Source of the DNA: Erysipelotrichaceae bacterium
Lineage (GTDB): Bacteria > Bacillota_I > Bacilli_A > RFN20 > DUOF01
Direction: 5' to 3'
Assembly: GCA_015058985.1 (NCBI GenBank)
Contig: SVBH01000005.1
Coordinates: forward strand, 9,496 to 73,495
DNA length: 64,000 bases
Shown here: one piece after another, positions 1 through 11,400 of the stretch
How the letters are laid out: each line of letters starts with the position of its first letter
How positions within the stretch are numbered: the first letter of the stretch is position 1
Position numbers and translations under genes: made by a program
The notes under the pieces: generated by a model
What the model saw: only the letters and a program-made list of their open reading frames with translations
What the model was told of the DNA's origin: nothing
The model's database searches: none

Positions 1-2
1 TT

Positions 3-254
3 TGGGTTCATAATCACACAGCAAGTGAGATATCAGAAGTAATTAAACCGTATTTTACTTCTATTAAAGACGATGATTTAGTAACAGTAGTACAAAGATA
101 TAAAAATGCAGATGTTTGGGCATTAAATCCAGTTTTTAATAAAGAAGGTTATCAAAAACTTTTAGATATTTTAGAAATGGCCGGACAATTGGAAAATGAA
201 GTGCCATTTGAAATTCTTGTAAATAATAAATATGCTGAAAAATCTATAGGATAA
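3..254 (+). CDS. 3' end of an ABC transporter substrate-binding protein (NMT1/THI5, NitT/TauT-like), truncated by window start
   Basis: Open frame WVHNHTASEISEVIKPYF...YQKLLDILEMAGQL...VNNKYAEKSIG*, stop TAA 252-254; the tail resembles NMT1/SsuA-type binding proteins. Confidence 0.6.
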   Translation, partial: WVHNHTASEISEVIKPYFTSIKDDDLVTVVQRYKNADVWALNPVFNKEGYQKLLDILEMAGQLENEVPFEILVNNKYAEKSIG

Positions 255-260
255 TAGCAG

Positions 261-269
261 TGTGGATAA
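261..269 (-). promoter_or_regulatory. Perfect DnaA box (TTATCCACA)
   Basis: TGTGGATAA on + strand, intergenic, 10 nt upstream of a TTGACA. Confidence 0.45.
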
Positions 270-279
270 GTAAAGTTAT

Positions 280-310
280 TTGACAATTCTAAGTTGATAT
301 TTGGTATAAT
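280..310 (+). promoter_or_regulatory. Putative sigma70/SigA promoter
   Basis: TTGACA 280-285 and TG-G-TATAAT 302-310 (spacer 19 nt, extended -10); GGAGG at 320-324. Confidence 0.55.
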
Positions 311-333
311 AATATCACTGGAGGATGAGTCTA

Positions 334-1065
334 ATGGCCGCTAGAAACAGAGAAGAACTACTAAACGTAATAAGGGAATTGAAAAGTGAAAAATTTAAAG
401 TTACTTTTGCTGATGCAATATCTGGAAAATATAAAACAAAATTTAATTTATTGATTCGAGGATTAAAAACTTTGATGGAAAAAAATATCCTAAATAGTAA
501 GCATATTGATGATATTATGAAAGGAATTGGAGACGTTGATCAATACGAAAAGAAAATCAGTGATGAAATCAAAATTAAGTTATTTGAAAATATAGATTTA
601 TTGCCTGTTAATATTTTAAAATATCGTACAAATGCTAGAACGATCGCAGATACAGAAATAGATAGGATTTCTAGTGTTATTAGAAATAAGACATTAAAAC
701 TAATTGATTCATTCTATTATTCAAAGGCAGAAAGTATCATTAAAGAATGTAATAATAGTAGGGAAATTATTGATTCTTTAAAATCATTATTAGAAATAGA
801 AAGCGACTTTGAAAATATCTTAAATAACCAAAAAGCAATGTTGTTCATTGTTACTTACCAAAATCCTGTAATAGAGTTTAATAAAAAATTCCAAAATCAA
901 ATGAATCTAGGGCATATTAGTTCAGAAATGCTTGATGATATAGATGACTTTTTAGGACATGGGCTTAGAATTGCTGGAGATCTAGAGACTAGAGAAAGAG
1001 ATCTAAAAGAACTCCAAGAAAAAATAGGAGAATTCACAATAAAAAAAGGAGATGTTAAAAAATAG
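334..1065 (+). CDS. Hypothetical helical protein
   Basis: ORF track 325..1065; GGAGG is 9 nt before ATG 334; no recognisable motif. Confidence 0.75.
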   Translation: MAARNREELLNVIRELKSEKFKVTFADAISGKYKTKFNLLIRGLKTLMEKNILNSKHIDDIMKGIGDVDQYEKKISDEIKIKLFENIDLLPVNILKYRTNARTIADTEIDRISSVIRNKTLKLIDSFYYSKAESIIKECNNSREIIDSLKSLLEIESDFENILNNQKAMLFIVTYQNPVIEFNKKFQNQMNLGHISSEMLDDIDDFLGHGLRIAGDLETRERDLKELQEKIGEFTIKKGDVKK

Positions 1066-1088
1066 AGATTATATAATCTCTATTTTTT
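1057..1088. terminator. Bidirectional intrinsic terminator overlapping both stop codons
   Basis: AAAAAATAGAGATT-ATAT-AATCTCTATTTTTT, perfect 14-bp inverted repeat between convergent genes. Confidence 0.8.
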
Positions 1089-1725
1089 TTAATCTTTCAA
1101 TATCCTTTATAGAAAATTTGTTTAATTCCTTTTGTAATTGATGTTTTGATAATTTCTTTAATAAATGTTTATTTTCAATGATTGCATCCAGGTCTTTTTT
1201 GTTAATTGTAAAACCTAATTTAAAAGAAAATCTGAAAGCTCTTAAAATTCTTGTAGGATCCTCTTTATAACTATCAAAAGGGTCTTTTATAGTTTTAATG
1301 GTTTTATTTTTAAGATCAAGCTGTCCTTGATAAGGATCAATAATTCCTATGAAAGGAGAATAAGCAATTGCATTAATTGTAAAATCCCTTCTCTTTAAAT
1401 CCTCATAAATATCATTAGTATATTTTAATTTTGTAGGATATCCTGCCTTCTTATAAGGTCCTTCAATTCTTAAATTAGTAAGTTCTATTAAGCAACCCAT
1501 GTAATCAATTTTTGCTGAAAAAAATTCATCGTTTAATTTAAGAACTTTACAATTTGGAATTAACTTTTCAATTTCTTTTAAAGGCAAGGTAGAAGCAATA
1601 TCGTAGTCAGTAGAGATTATCCCTAATAAGCAATCTCTAATATAACCTCCAACTAGGAAAGATTCATATCCTGCTTTTTTAGATTCTTCAAGGAAAGACA
1701 ACAAAGTTTTATTAATGTCTATCAT
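1069..1725 (-). CDS. cca: Class II CCA tRNA nucleotidyltransferase, short form (218 aa)
   Basis: GGYIRD, DYD, DLKRRDFTINA and EDPTRILRAFRF motifs. Confidence 0.85.
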   Translation of the reverse strand: MIDINKTLLSFLEESKKAGYESFLVGGYIRDCLLGIISTDYDIASTLPLKEIEKLIPNCKVLKLNDEFFSAKIDYMGCLIELTNLRIEGPYKKAGYPTKLKYTNDIYEDLKRRDFTINAIAYSPFIGIIDPYQGQLDLKNKTIKTIKDPFDSYKEDPTRILRAFRFSFKLGFTINKKDLDAIIENKHLLKKLSKHQLQKELNKFSIKDIERLKKIEII

Positions 1726-2294
1726 TAAAATACTCCAATTAAAAAGAAAACTGAAAATAAGATAGCTGATATAGATAGTATGATATTAAATATCCTTGAT
1801 AACCAAGGGGTTTTTCTTTTTTCTATTTTTTTATTTATTTGAGCTTCAAAATATTTTTTGTCTTCGCCACTTAACATATTCTTGGGAATAATAAAAGTAG
1901 TATTTTTCTCAGGAAATAAGAAATAGTATTCTTTATTTTCATCAAAGAAAAGAAAATCTTTTAAATCTTTTTTGAATGTGGTAACTAATCTGTTATTTTC
2001 ATTCTTTCTTCTTATTTCATATATGCCTTTATCCATACGTAAATCATAAGGCTTATTTTCATAAGATTTTGATAGTTTGAAAATGGTAAAAATATAGATA
2101 ATTGCTACAAAAAAAGTTATTAAGTAGCAAGCATTCAAAAAATCAAAACCAATATAAATTGTTCGATAAATAAAAGCTATCACCACCATAATAAGTAGTA
2201 AAGGTAAAGAGATTAAACTCCAATTTCTTATATGCCTAAAAACAAAGTATTTTTGAAAATCTTTTTTCTTTAAATCAATATTTTTTAGTTCCAT
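1725..2294 (-). CDS. Membrane protein, YcxB-like
   Basis: Two N-terminal TM helices, 'YYFLF...FIIPK' YcxB-type C domain, terminal TM helix; TAATG coupling to cca. Confidence 0.6.
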   Translation of the reverse strand: MELKNIDLKKKDFQKYFVFRHIRNWSLISLPLLLIMVVIAFIYRTIYIGFDFLNACYLITFFVAIIYIFTIFKLSKSYENKPYDLRMDKGIYEIRRKNENNRLVTTFKKDLKDFLFFDENKEYYFLFPEKNTTFIIPKNMLSGEDKKYFEAQINKKIEKRKTPWLSRIFNIILSISAILFSVFFLIGVF

Positions 2295-2365
2295 AATTTC
2301 ACTTCCTATAGAAAGTATAACTTATAATTTTATATTTTCAAATAAAAAGGTGGATAACAGCAACA

Positions 2366-2387
2366 ATATACGTGCGTGCGCGTGTAT
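2366..2387. other. 22-nt alternating purine/pyrimidine tract (ATATACGTGCGTGCGCGTGTAT)
   Basis: Read directly; GC-rich island in an AT-rich divergent intergenic region. Confidence 0.8.
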
Positions 2388-2491
2388 TATATTTTATTAT
2401 ATATAAGTAACAATAGTATATTAACAATTCCAAGAAAAAATGTTAAAATAATGCTATGTAAATATAGTTTCTATGATGGGGAGGAAACAAT

Positions 2492-5400
2492 ATGAGAAAA
2501 AGATGGGGAAAAAACATATTTTTAAGTTTATCAATTTTATTTGGAGCTTTTATTCTTTTAAATATAAATGCTTCAAAAATTAATGCTGCTAATCAAGAAA
2601 TGATTAGTACTATAGAAGAAGGAGAATGGTCAAATAAAAATGCTTCTTTAGTTTTTACCATGAATAGCGAATGGGAAGAAGAATTTAATAATGTGTACAT
2701 AAATTATCTTCAAGGATATTTAAATACAGAAGAAATTATAAAATGTGAAGCATCCACTACTTGCAAAACAGTGTCATTTGTTAAAAGTGCAAACAATCAA
2801 TACACGCTTAAAATGACTAATGTAACATCCAATAAAAGAGTTTATTATTATGTTTATGTTGATACTGATGAATCGAAAACAAATGGCTTTTATGGATATT
2901 TTGATATTTCAAGAATAGATACTAGCGCTCCAACTTTAATTTCTCCTACCCCTAATACAAAAGGAGTTGTCAAAGGAACTTCATTTAACTCATTTGCAAT
3001 TTCCCATTCATACTATAAAGAAGGAGACACTCATATAGATTTAGAGGCCCCAATTAAATCTATAACATTTACTGGTTCAGATGGCACTCCAAGAGAATAT
3101 GATGTAAATCTTTTAGAATATTCTTATTCAGCTGGAACTAGCAAATTTGTTTCTTTACATTTAGATGAACCAATTAGTGAATTAGGAACTCTATCAATTG
3201 TTGATATGGCTAATAATAAATCAGATTATATACTCGTAACTGATCAACAAGGCCCTCAATACTCTATGAAGATGGCTGATATTAATAATTTAAATATTTT
3301 CGTTGTAGATTTAGAAAAGTCAAAGTTTGATCCAAATAAGAGTTCTATAACTTTATATTATGTTCAAAAGATATATGGTGATGGAAATAGTTACTCAGAA
3401 CATGTTGAAATTAATTATTTTTTCTCTGATTTAAGTTATAAAGAAGGTCTTGATGAAAATGAAAATAAAAGATTAATTTATACACTTCCAGTTTATAAAG
3501 ATACAGAATATGAAATGGATTTATTTTTAGTAGACGAATATGAAAATATATCTGTATATGAAGGTGTTGTTTTTGATACTTATGGTCCTACAAAATCTTC
3601 TGATTCTCCAGAGGATGGAGGATATTATTCAAACTTAGCAGGTAAAGAATTAGCACCAGCAGATGCATCGATAAATTATACTATCTATTATAGTGAATAT
3701 TATACTAGCACAAGCACTTGGGGAAATTATAATACGTTTTCTGGAAATATAGATAGTTTATCTCCAAACTACAAGTATAAATGGTATATACAAAATGATG
3801 ATACGGGACATGTTAGCCCTGAATATTTCTTTGTCTATGACACTACAGCTGCTAGCGTTGTCGGTAAAGAAATTAATTATAGTTCTACAGGAAAGTGTAC
3901 TACTGATTCTAATGGGAATCCTGTTTGCTCAGGAAAACTGACAATTACTTTCCCTGATGTTGTAGATTCTCAAAGTGGAATGAAAAGTCAAAGGTATACA
4001 GTATACCTAAATGATGCTTTGTATTTAGAGGGTTTCATTGATGAAACTTTAACTATAAGTTCTACTGTATCTGGTAGTTTAGTAATTACAGCAACTTATA
4101 TTAATAACGTTGGATTAACAAGTGTACTATCTTTAAATGTAAATATAGATAATACAAAACCAGAAGTAGTTCAATCGAAAGTGTTAGTTAATGTTACTGA
4201 GGGAGCAACTTTTAGTTTTAATAAAGAAGTTACATCGCTTACGTATATAACAAAAACTATTGATGGTAGTAACATTACAACTAGTGGTTCTTCTACAATT
4301 TCTGATTTCAAATCAACATCACTTAATATCAAAAATATTCTAACTTTACAATCTGATATATGGTATGTTGTTACATTCTCTGATGTGCTAGGAAATGAAT
4401 CAGAGACAGTTAGCTTTTACTGTTATAATAATCAAGATAGCTTTTTCTCAGAGTTTAATATGAGTGAAGGAATTAGTTGTAATAGTAGTAATAAGTGCAC
4501 TGTTATAGATGAAACTTACAATTATGTATCAATAGTTTGGAATACTAAATTTAATTATGGATTAAATGAAATTGGTATAACTAACTTTGATTTGTATTAT
4601 CTATGGACAGAAGATCAAAGTAATTTACCAAGTAGCAATTTTTTGAATGTATATTACAGTGCCCCTAGTGTAACAATTGGTTTATTTGATGGAATTACTC
4701 CACAATCAAATATTTACTATTATTGGAATTTATCAATCATAATTGGAGAAGAAAGATATGATTGTACATATGAAAATCGTTTTTCTAAAACAAGTTCTAC
4801 TTTACAATCTCTTGATTTTTCTGATCGCCTGTTTAGAGGGGGTTATTACCTCTCTAATACTGTAATAAGTAAAAGCAATATTGATAATTTACCTTCTGGT
4901 GCGACTACTTATCTAAAATTTGTATATCAAAATACTGCTTTATCTCAATCTGAGTTTACGTCAAGTGATTTAAATAGTGTTACATTTACTAGTGATTATG
5001 ATGCACCATATTTACATGTTTTAGTCAAATATGAAGGAGATACTTTCTATTATATTTCTCCATATAAGTATTATGTTGCTGCACTATCTTCTTTCTCTAT
5101 TCAAGGATTAGATGTAAATGGAAAAGGGGTTTCTGCAAAGCATATAAGTGTTAATTCTTCTAATGTCGTAGTTAGTGATACTAGATTTTATGTAGATCTT
5201 GTCTATCAAAAAAGTTCAGTAATAGAGGATTATAGTGGAGAGGTGTGCGTTTTTATCCAAGGCTCTGCTGTTACATGTCAAAGCTTTTATATTCTATCTG
5301 AACAAAGTGGAGTAGGAATAATTAGCTTACCTGCCTTTAGTTTGAAATCAAAGGTATACACAGTTGGCACGGAATTGGAAATTTATGTTCGTGATTCAAG

Positions 5401-8400
5401 CGAAAATACAATTTCATTCTTAAGTGGTGCAACATACACAAGTACAATACAAGTAACTAATGGAATGAATAATTCTTCATCAATATTATTCAAAAACGAT
5501 TCCAGCAGTAGTGCTTCTGATTATGATGAAACTATTTGGCATAGTGAAGGATTTGATATTTATGCTGGTTTCTCATCATCTTTATCTATCTTATCTGTTC
5601 AATATGTAATTGTTGATACAAGTTTATTAAAAATAGCAACTGGTAACAGCAGTTCTACAATTAATAATTTTGATGAAGCGGTTGCTATCAATTATTTGGT
5701 AAATAATGGATATATGATTAACGCTTCTTATGGAATGAGAGAATCATATATGTATTGGTCTCAAATTTCTATTAATTTAGCTGATGGTAAATATTTGTTA
5801 TTTGTGAAAGTTACTACATCTAGTTACATTGATTACATTGCATACAAAAAAGTACTAATAGATAATAAAGCTCCAACAATAAATATTAATTCAATAACTG
5901 GTGTTAAAGAAAATAATCATGTTGAGAAAAATGCACAAGAAAAGTATGTAGTAACTATCAATTACAGTGTCTCTGAATCTACAAATGGCAGTGGAATGAG
6001 TGATTCATTAACTTGTAAAATAAGTGATATTCTTTATGACTGTGTAGTAACTTCTACGACAGTAACTATTACTTATTTAGGAACTAAGAGTAGTGAATTG
6101 AACGTTGAATTGATTGCAAATGATAATGCGGGTAATTCTAATTCTGTTTCAAAATCATTCTATCTGGATTTAAATGCTCCAACAGTTTCTAGTGTTGAAT
6201 CAAAAGTTGACACAGATAGTGCAAATTTAATAAGTGTTTCTTTCTCTGTAAATGATGATATGTCTGATTTTGATGTTTATTATCGTAAAGGAAAAAGTGA
6301 AACAACTAGTGATTTTAATAATATTCTATCTTGTTCAACAAATTGTAACTTTAAAATAGCAAATAGTGAACATGATACATATTCTATTTATGTCGTTGAT
6401 GCGGATGGAAATGGTGGCTTTTACCATATAAATTTAAATACACCAAGTAAAGTAGTTGCTACTATAGTAGAAGATGGAACAAATATTATTAAAGGAATAA
6501 ATAATTATTATTACACAAAAGGAATTTTAAAAGTTAAATTTGAAAATACCAGTGAATATGAAGGACTAACCTATTATTTCAGTCAAAATCTAGTAAATTG
6601 GGATAAACTAACTAATCTAGTTGGTGCTGATACTTACAGATTTGAATTTAATCCTACATTATCATCAGACGGAGCAAAAACGTGGTATATCAAAGTTGTT
6701 ACTCAAGCAGGTCTAGAAGCGATTATTTACTTATACAATGTCTATGTGGATACTTCAGGACCTAATTCTTCAATTTCTTACGAAGGAAAGAAAACTAATG
6801 ACGAAGCATATCAATTAGTAGATGAAGAAGAAAAGAAATTCCGCTGTGATTCTAATATAAATACCTGCTATTTTAATTATTTATTGTTAAGATATAACCT
6901 TGCATTAAGTGATGTAAAAGATGAAGGAGTAGGAACTAATATTAACCATGACTCCTCAAGGATAATATTATCTCAAGGAAAAAGTACTGTATCTACTATT
7001 TACACTAAGGATGTAGAAGAATTAATTACCCAACCAATTAAACTTGATGCTGATTTAGTAACAGCAGAGAATCAATATACATTAACTTTGATTTTATATG
7101 ATTTATTAGGAAATTATTCTGAAAACAAAATTACAATTATAGTAGACAGACAGGCAGATGAAGTTGATAGTTTTGTTTATTTAAGAGAATGGACAAAAGG
7201 ACCTTTAGAAGTATTAATTAGTCTAAAAACTTATTCAATTCAAAGTCCAATTTCAAGTGTTAAATATTGGCTTTGCGGAGCTAATACAAGTTGCGATAAG
7301 AGTACTGCAACGGATGTTTATGACGCAGAAAAAATAGAAGGACGTTTTATTACTTTGAAGTCTATTTCTAGTAACGGATATTGGAATATTGAACTTACGG
7401 ATAAAGCAGGAAATATTACAAAAGCAAATTTGGAAATTACTAACGTAGACAACAAAGCACCTGTATTATGTCAATTAGGCAGTTGTGATGAAAGTGGGGA
7501 TAACGACTATATTTCATATCAAGTTAGTGCAGAAGGATGGTCTAAAGAAAATATCCTAATTACATTTGTTGAAAAGATTATAACTTTTGAAAGTCCAAAT
7601 ATGGTTCTATGGCAAAGAGAAGGAGATGCAGGATGGCGTATTGCTTCTGACTGGAAAGCTTTATTTGCAGAAGAAGGAGTATTTACTATTAATTTAAAAG
7701 CTGCTGATATTGCAGGTAATGAATCTAATAAAATTCAAATTACAATCAAAATTGATAAGACTGCACCTGAACTTGGTGAAATAATTGATTACGAAAGAGA
7801 TAAATGGGTGAATGAAGATGTTGAATTAACTGTTGGATATGCTAAAGATGTATATCCTGAAGGTGTTATTAACGTCAGTGAAGTAGCTGCTTCGTTCTAT
7901 TCAGTTGATGGAAAACAAACATGGAATTTATATACTAAAGACAATTTACCAAAACTTTCTTATACTTGTGAGGAAGGAAAGGTTTGTGTTGCTGAAATCT
8001 ACTTAAAATCTATTGATGAAGCAGGAAATGTTACAGAGAGTGAAGAACCAATTTATGTAAAAATAGATAAAGAAGCACCAGAAGTAGGAAATTTTGAAGT
8101 TTTAAAAGAAGATGGAACACAGTTTGATAGTGATGAATGGGTAAAAGAAAAATTATCAATTCGATTCTATGTAGGAACAGATGGAGATTGCGATGACAAA
8201 TTAAAATGCAGCGGTGTATATCAAAATCAATTTACATTAGATGGTGAAAAATGGGAAACATATGTGCTAGAAGAAGGCGCAAGTTACTATGAATTAGTAA
8301 TTAACACCACAGTTAATTATAAGATCAGTGTTAAAATTATAGACATTGCAGGAAATGAAACGGTTTCTGAAAAAATTATCACTGTAAAAGTAGATATGGA

Positions 8401-11400
8401 TGGACCAAAGGTTGATGTTACATATCAAGTTGAAGAAGATGATACTTTTGTTGATTTAGTTGAAGAATTTAATACTGAAAAATGGTATAACAAGAGAATT
8501 CAAATTACTTTAAATATTGAAGATAACGAATCCGGATTAAATAAATCAAAAATGACTATTTATTATGATGGTATGTCTAGTTGTGTTTGGTCATTAGAAG
8601 ACACTACTGGATGCCCTGATTATGCAACGTTGGTAGAAAAAACAGAAAACAAAATTGTAATAAAGTTTATTTTTGAAAAAGATGGTTCATATAGTTTAAC
8701 TTATTCAAATGAAGATAAACTCGCTAATTTATCTGAAGGAAGTAAACCTTTATTGATAGACAGAAATGAAAATGCAGATGGTTTTACAACAGGATTAGTA
8801 ACAGTTAATCCAGAAATTAGTTCTGATTGGATTAATGATCTAACTGCTATTTCTGGAGCATCTTATAAAGTTAATACTAATGGTATAGCAGATAATTATA
8901 GTGGAGTAGAAAAAATTGAATATACTGTAGATGGAATAGAATTTAAAGAAATATCATTGAATACAAGTAAAAATGGTGGATTAAAGACAGAAGACGGAGA
9001 ATATTCAATCTATATTAAGATTACCGACAAAGCAGGAAATATCAGTTACTCTAATAAAATAACTTATAAAATTGATACAACTAAACCTACTATCAAAGAG
9101 GAAAGCTTATATCAAACAGGAGCATATTGCCAAAATTGTAAAATTGGAAATGTTGATAGTAAAGCAGTATATGTAAAAGTGGGAGATGACTTTAAAGTAA
9201 CAGTCCCAGTTAATGTAGTTAATATTGAGGATAATTTAAGTGGTGTTGATAAAATTCAATATCGCTTAGCAGATGATGATAATTGGTTTGATTTAAGTGA
9301 ATCTAACAAAATTGAATTAAGTGAAGCTGGAGCTTACTCTATAGCCATTCGTGCAATAGATAAAGCAGGAAATATTAGCAATATATCTAATAGTAAGCAA
9401 GAATTTTCAATTATTACAAGCACTCCAAAAGTACCAGACATCAAAGTAAACGGCACAAAAGTTTCATCCAATAATGAATTTATGTGGTTATCAAAGAGTG
9501 ATAATTACAGAGTTGAAATTGTTTTAACTATTATTGGTATGAGTGCTAAATATCAATATCAAGAAGTAAAAGAGGGATCAACTTATCAAGAATCTGCATG
9601 GGTTGAAAAAAATGGAAATTCATTTAACTTAGCAGTAGAAAATAAGAAAATAACTTTATATGTTCGAGGTGTTGGTTATTACGGAACTGGTGCTGATGAT
9701 TATGTAAATGGTGAAATAGGAATATTCAATTTAGGTATTGATCTAGGAATCACTGAGGATGATATCACTTTTGATTATGATGACAGTACGACTAATCAAG
9801 AAGTAATAATAAGTGGAACAATAGCAAATAGTTTTAGTCATATAAAATCTGTTAAAGCTGTTTTAACTGGCGACATATTAGATTTTGAAAATGCTGATGA
9901 ATTGTTAAATGGTGAAGATAGATTTGAATATGCTGTGTCTAATAGTGGAACATACACTTTCAAAGTTGAAGATAATGCTGGAAACGTTATCTATAAGGAA
10001 TTAGAGATTTCTAACATTGATAAAGATAATCCTTTAGTTCAAATAAATATTTCTCAAGAAGAATTATATTTACAAAGACACAGTGTCAGTGTAAGTATTG
10101 AAGACCAATGTACTTTAGATTTTACATGTAAAATTAAATATTATATTAGTACAGGAAACGAGTATGATGAAGCTGAATTTGGTGATGTATTCTATTCAGA
10201 ATTTGAAGATAATTTAGTATATGAGAATACAGGGATTTATTATTTACATATCTATGTTATTGACGCAGCAGGAAATGATAATTATGTCATTTCTGGTGAA
10301 ATAAAGATTGATAAAACAAATCCTACAATAGGAAATGTTGAAGGAATAGTTAACAATAAATGGTACAATCAAGATGTAACTATCACTTTTACAGAAGGAA
10401 CTGACGCTGAGAGTCAATTTAGTCATTATGAATATTCAATTGATGGAGAAGATTGGATTAAATATACTGGAAATTTAGTCATTGAAACTTCTAAGCAATA
10501 TCAATTTTCTTATAAAGGTTGCGATTTTGCTGGGAATTGTAGTAATGGCCCTAGTATTACCTTTGGAATAGATAAAGAGGATATTACAGTAGATGTTCAA
10601 ACAACAATTGATACAACCATCATCGTTAAAGGCACTACTATAAAATATCAAGTTGTAATAGGCCCTTCTTTAAGTGGAATAAAAGAAATTAAATATTTAA
10701 AAGTACTAGAAGAAAGCAATCTAACATATGAAGATTTTGAGAATGCTAATCACATTTCATTAGAAACAAAAGAGTTTGAATTAAATAAATCTGGAAAATA
10801 TGTTATCATGGTGAGTAACATAGCAGGTTCATATGTAACCAAATATTTTGATGTAAATTGCTTTGATAATAAAGCTCCGACAATTAATTTTGCTGGAATT
10901 TATCCAGAATGGAAGAATACTTATGATAACATTACTGTAACAATTGAGGATGAAGTTGACCAAGATAATGTAAGTAGTGGTTTAGCAAATGATGAAGTTT
11001 ATTATTTTATCAGTGAGGAATATAAAGCTGTTGAAACTTTAGATCAAACAGATTTTGCTACTGCGAAAAAAGGAAGTTCAAATTTCACAATTACTGATAT
11101 TACTGAAACAGGAATTTATTACATTTATGTATTAGCAAAAGATGAAGTTGGAAATGTTCAAATCTCAGTTTCAGATTCTATTAAACTTGATAAGACTACA
11201 AGTGATAATTTATTAACTCCAATTATTCAATTTAAAGTCAATGGAGAAATAGTAAGCATTGATGATCAAACTTGGGTTAAAGGACCTATTAGTGTTTATT
11301 TGTTCAATCCAGAATTAGAATATAGCCCAGTTAGTTTGGGCAAAGTTCGTGCTTACAAAGTAGAAACTACAAGTGAATATTTTGATTATATAGTTGATGA

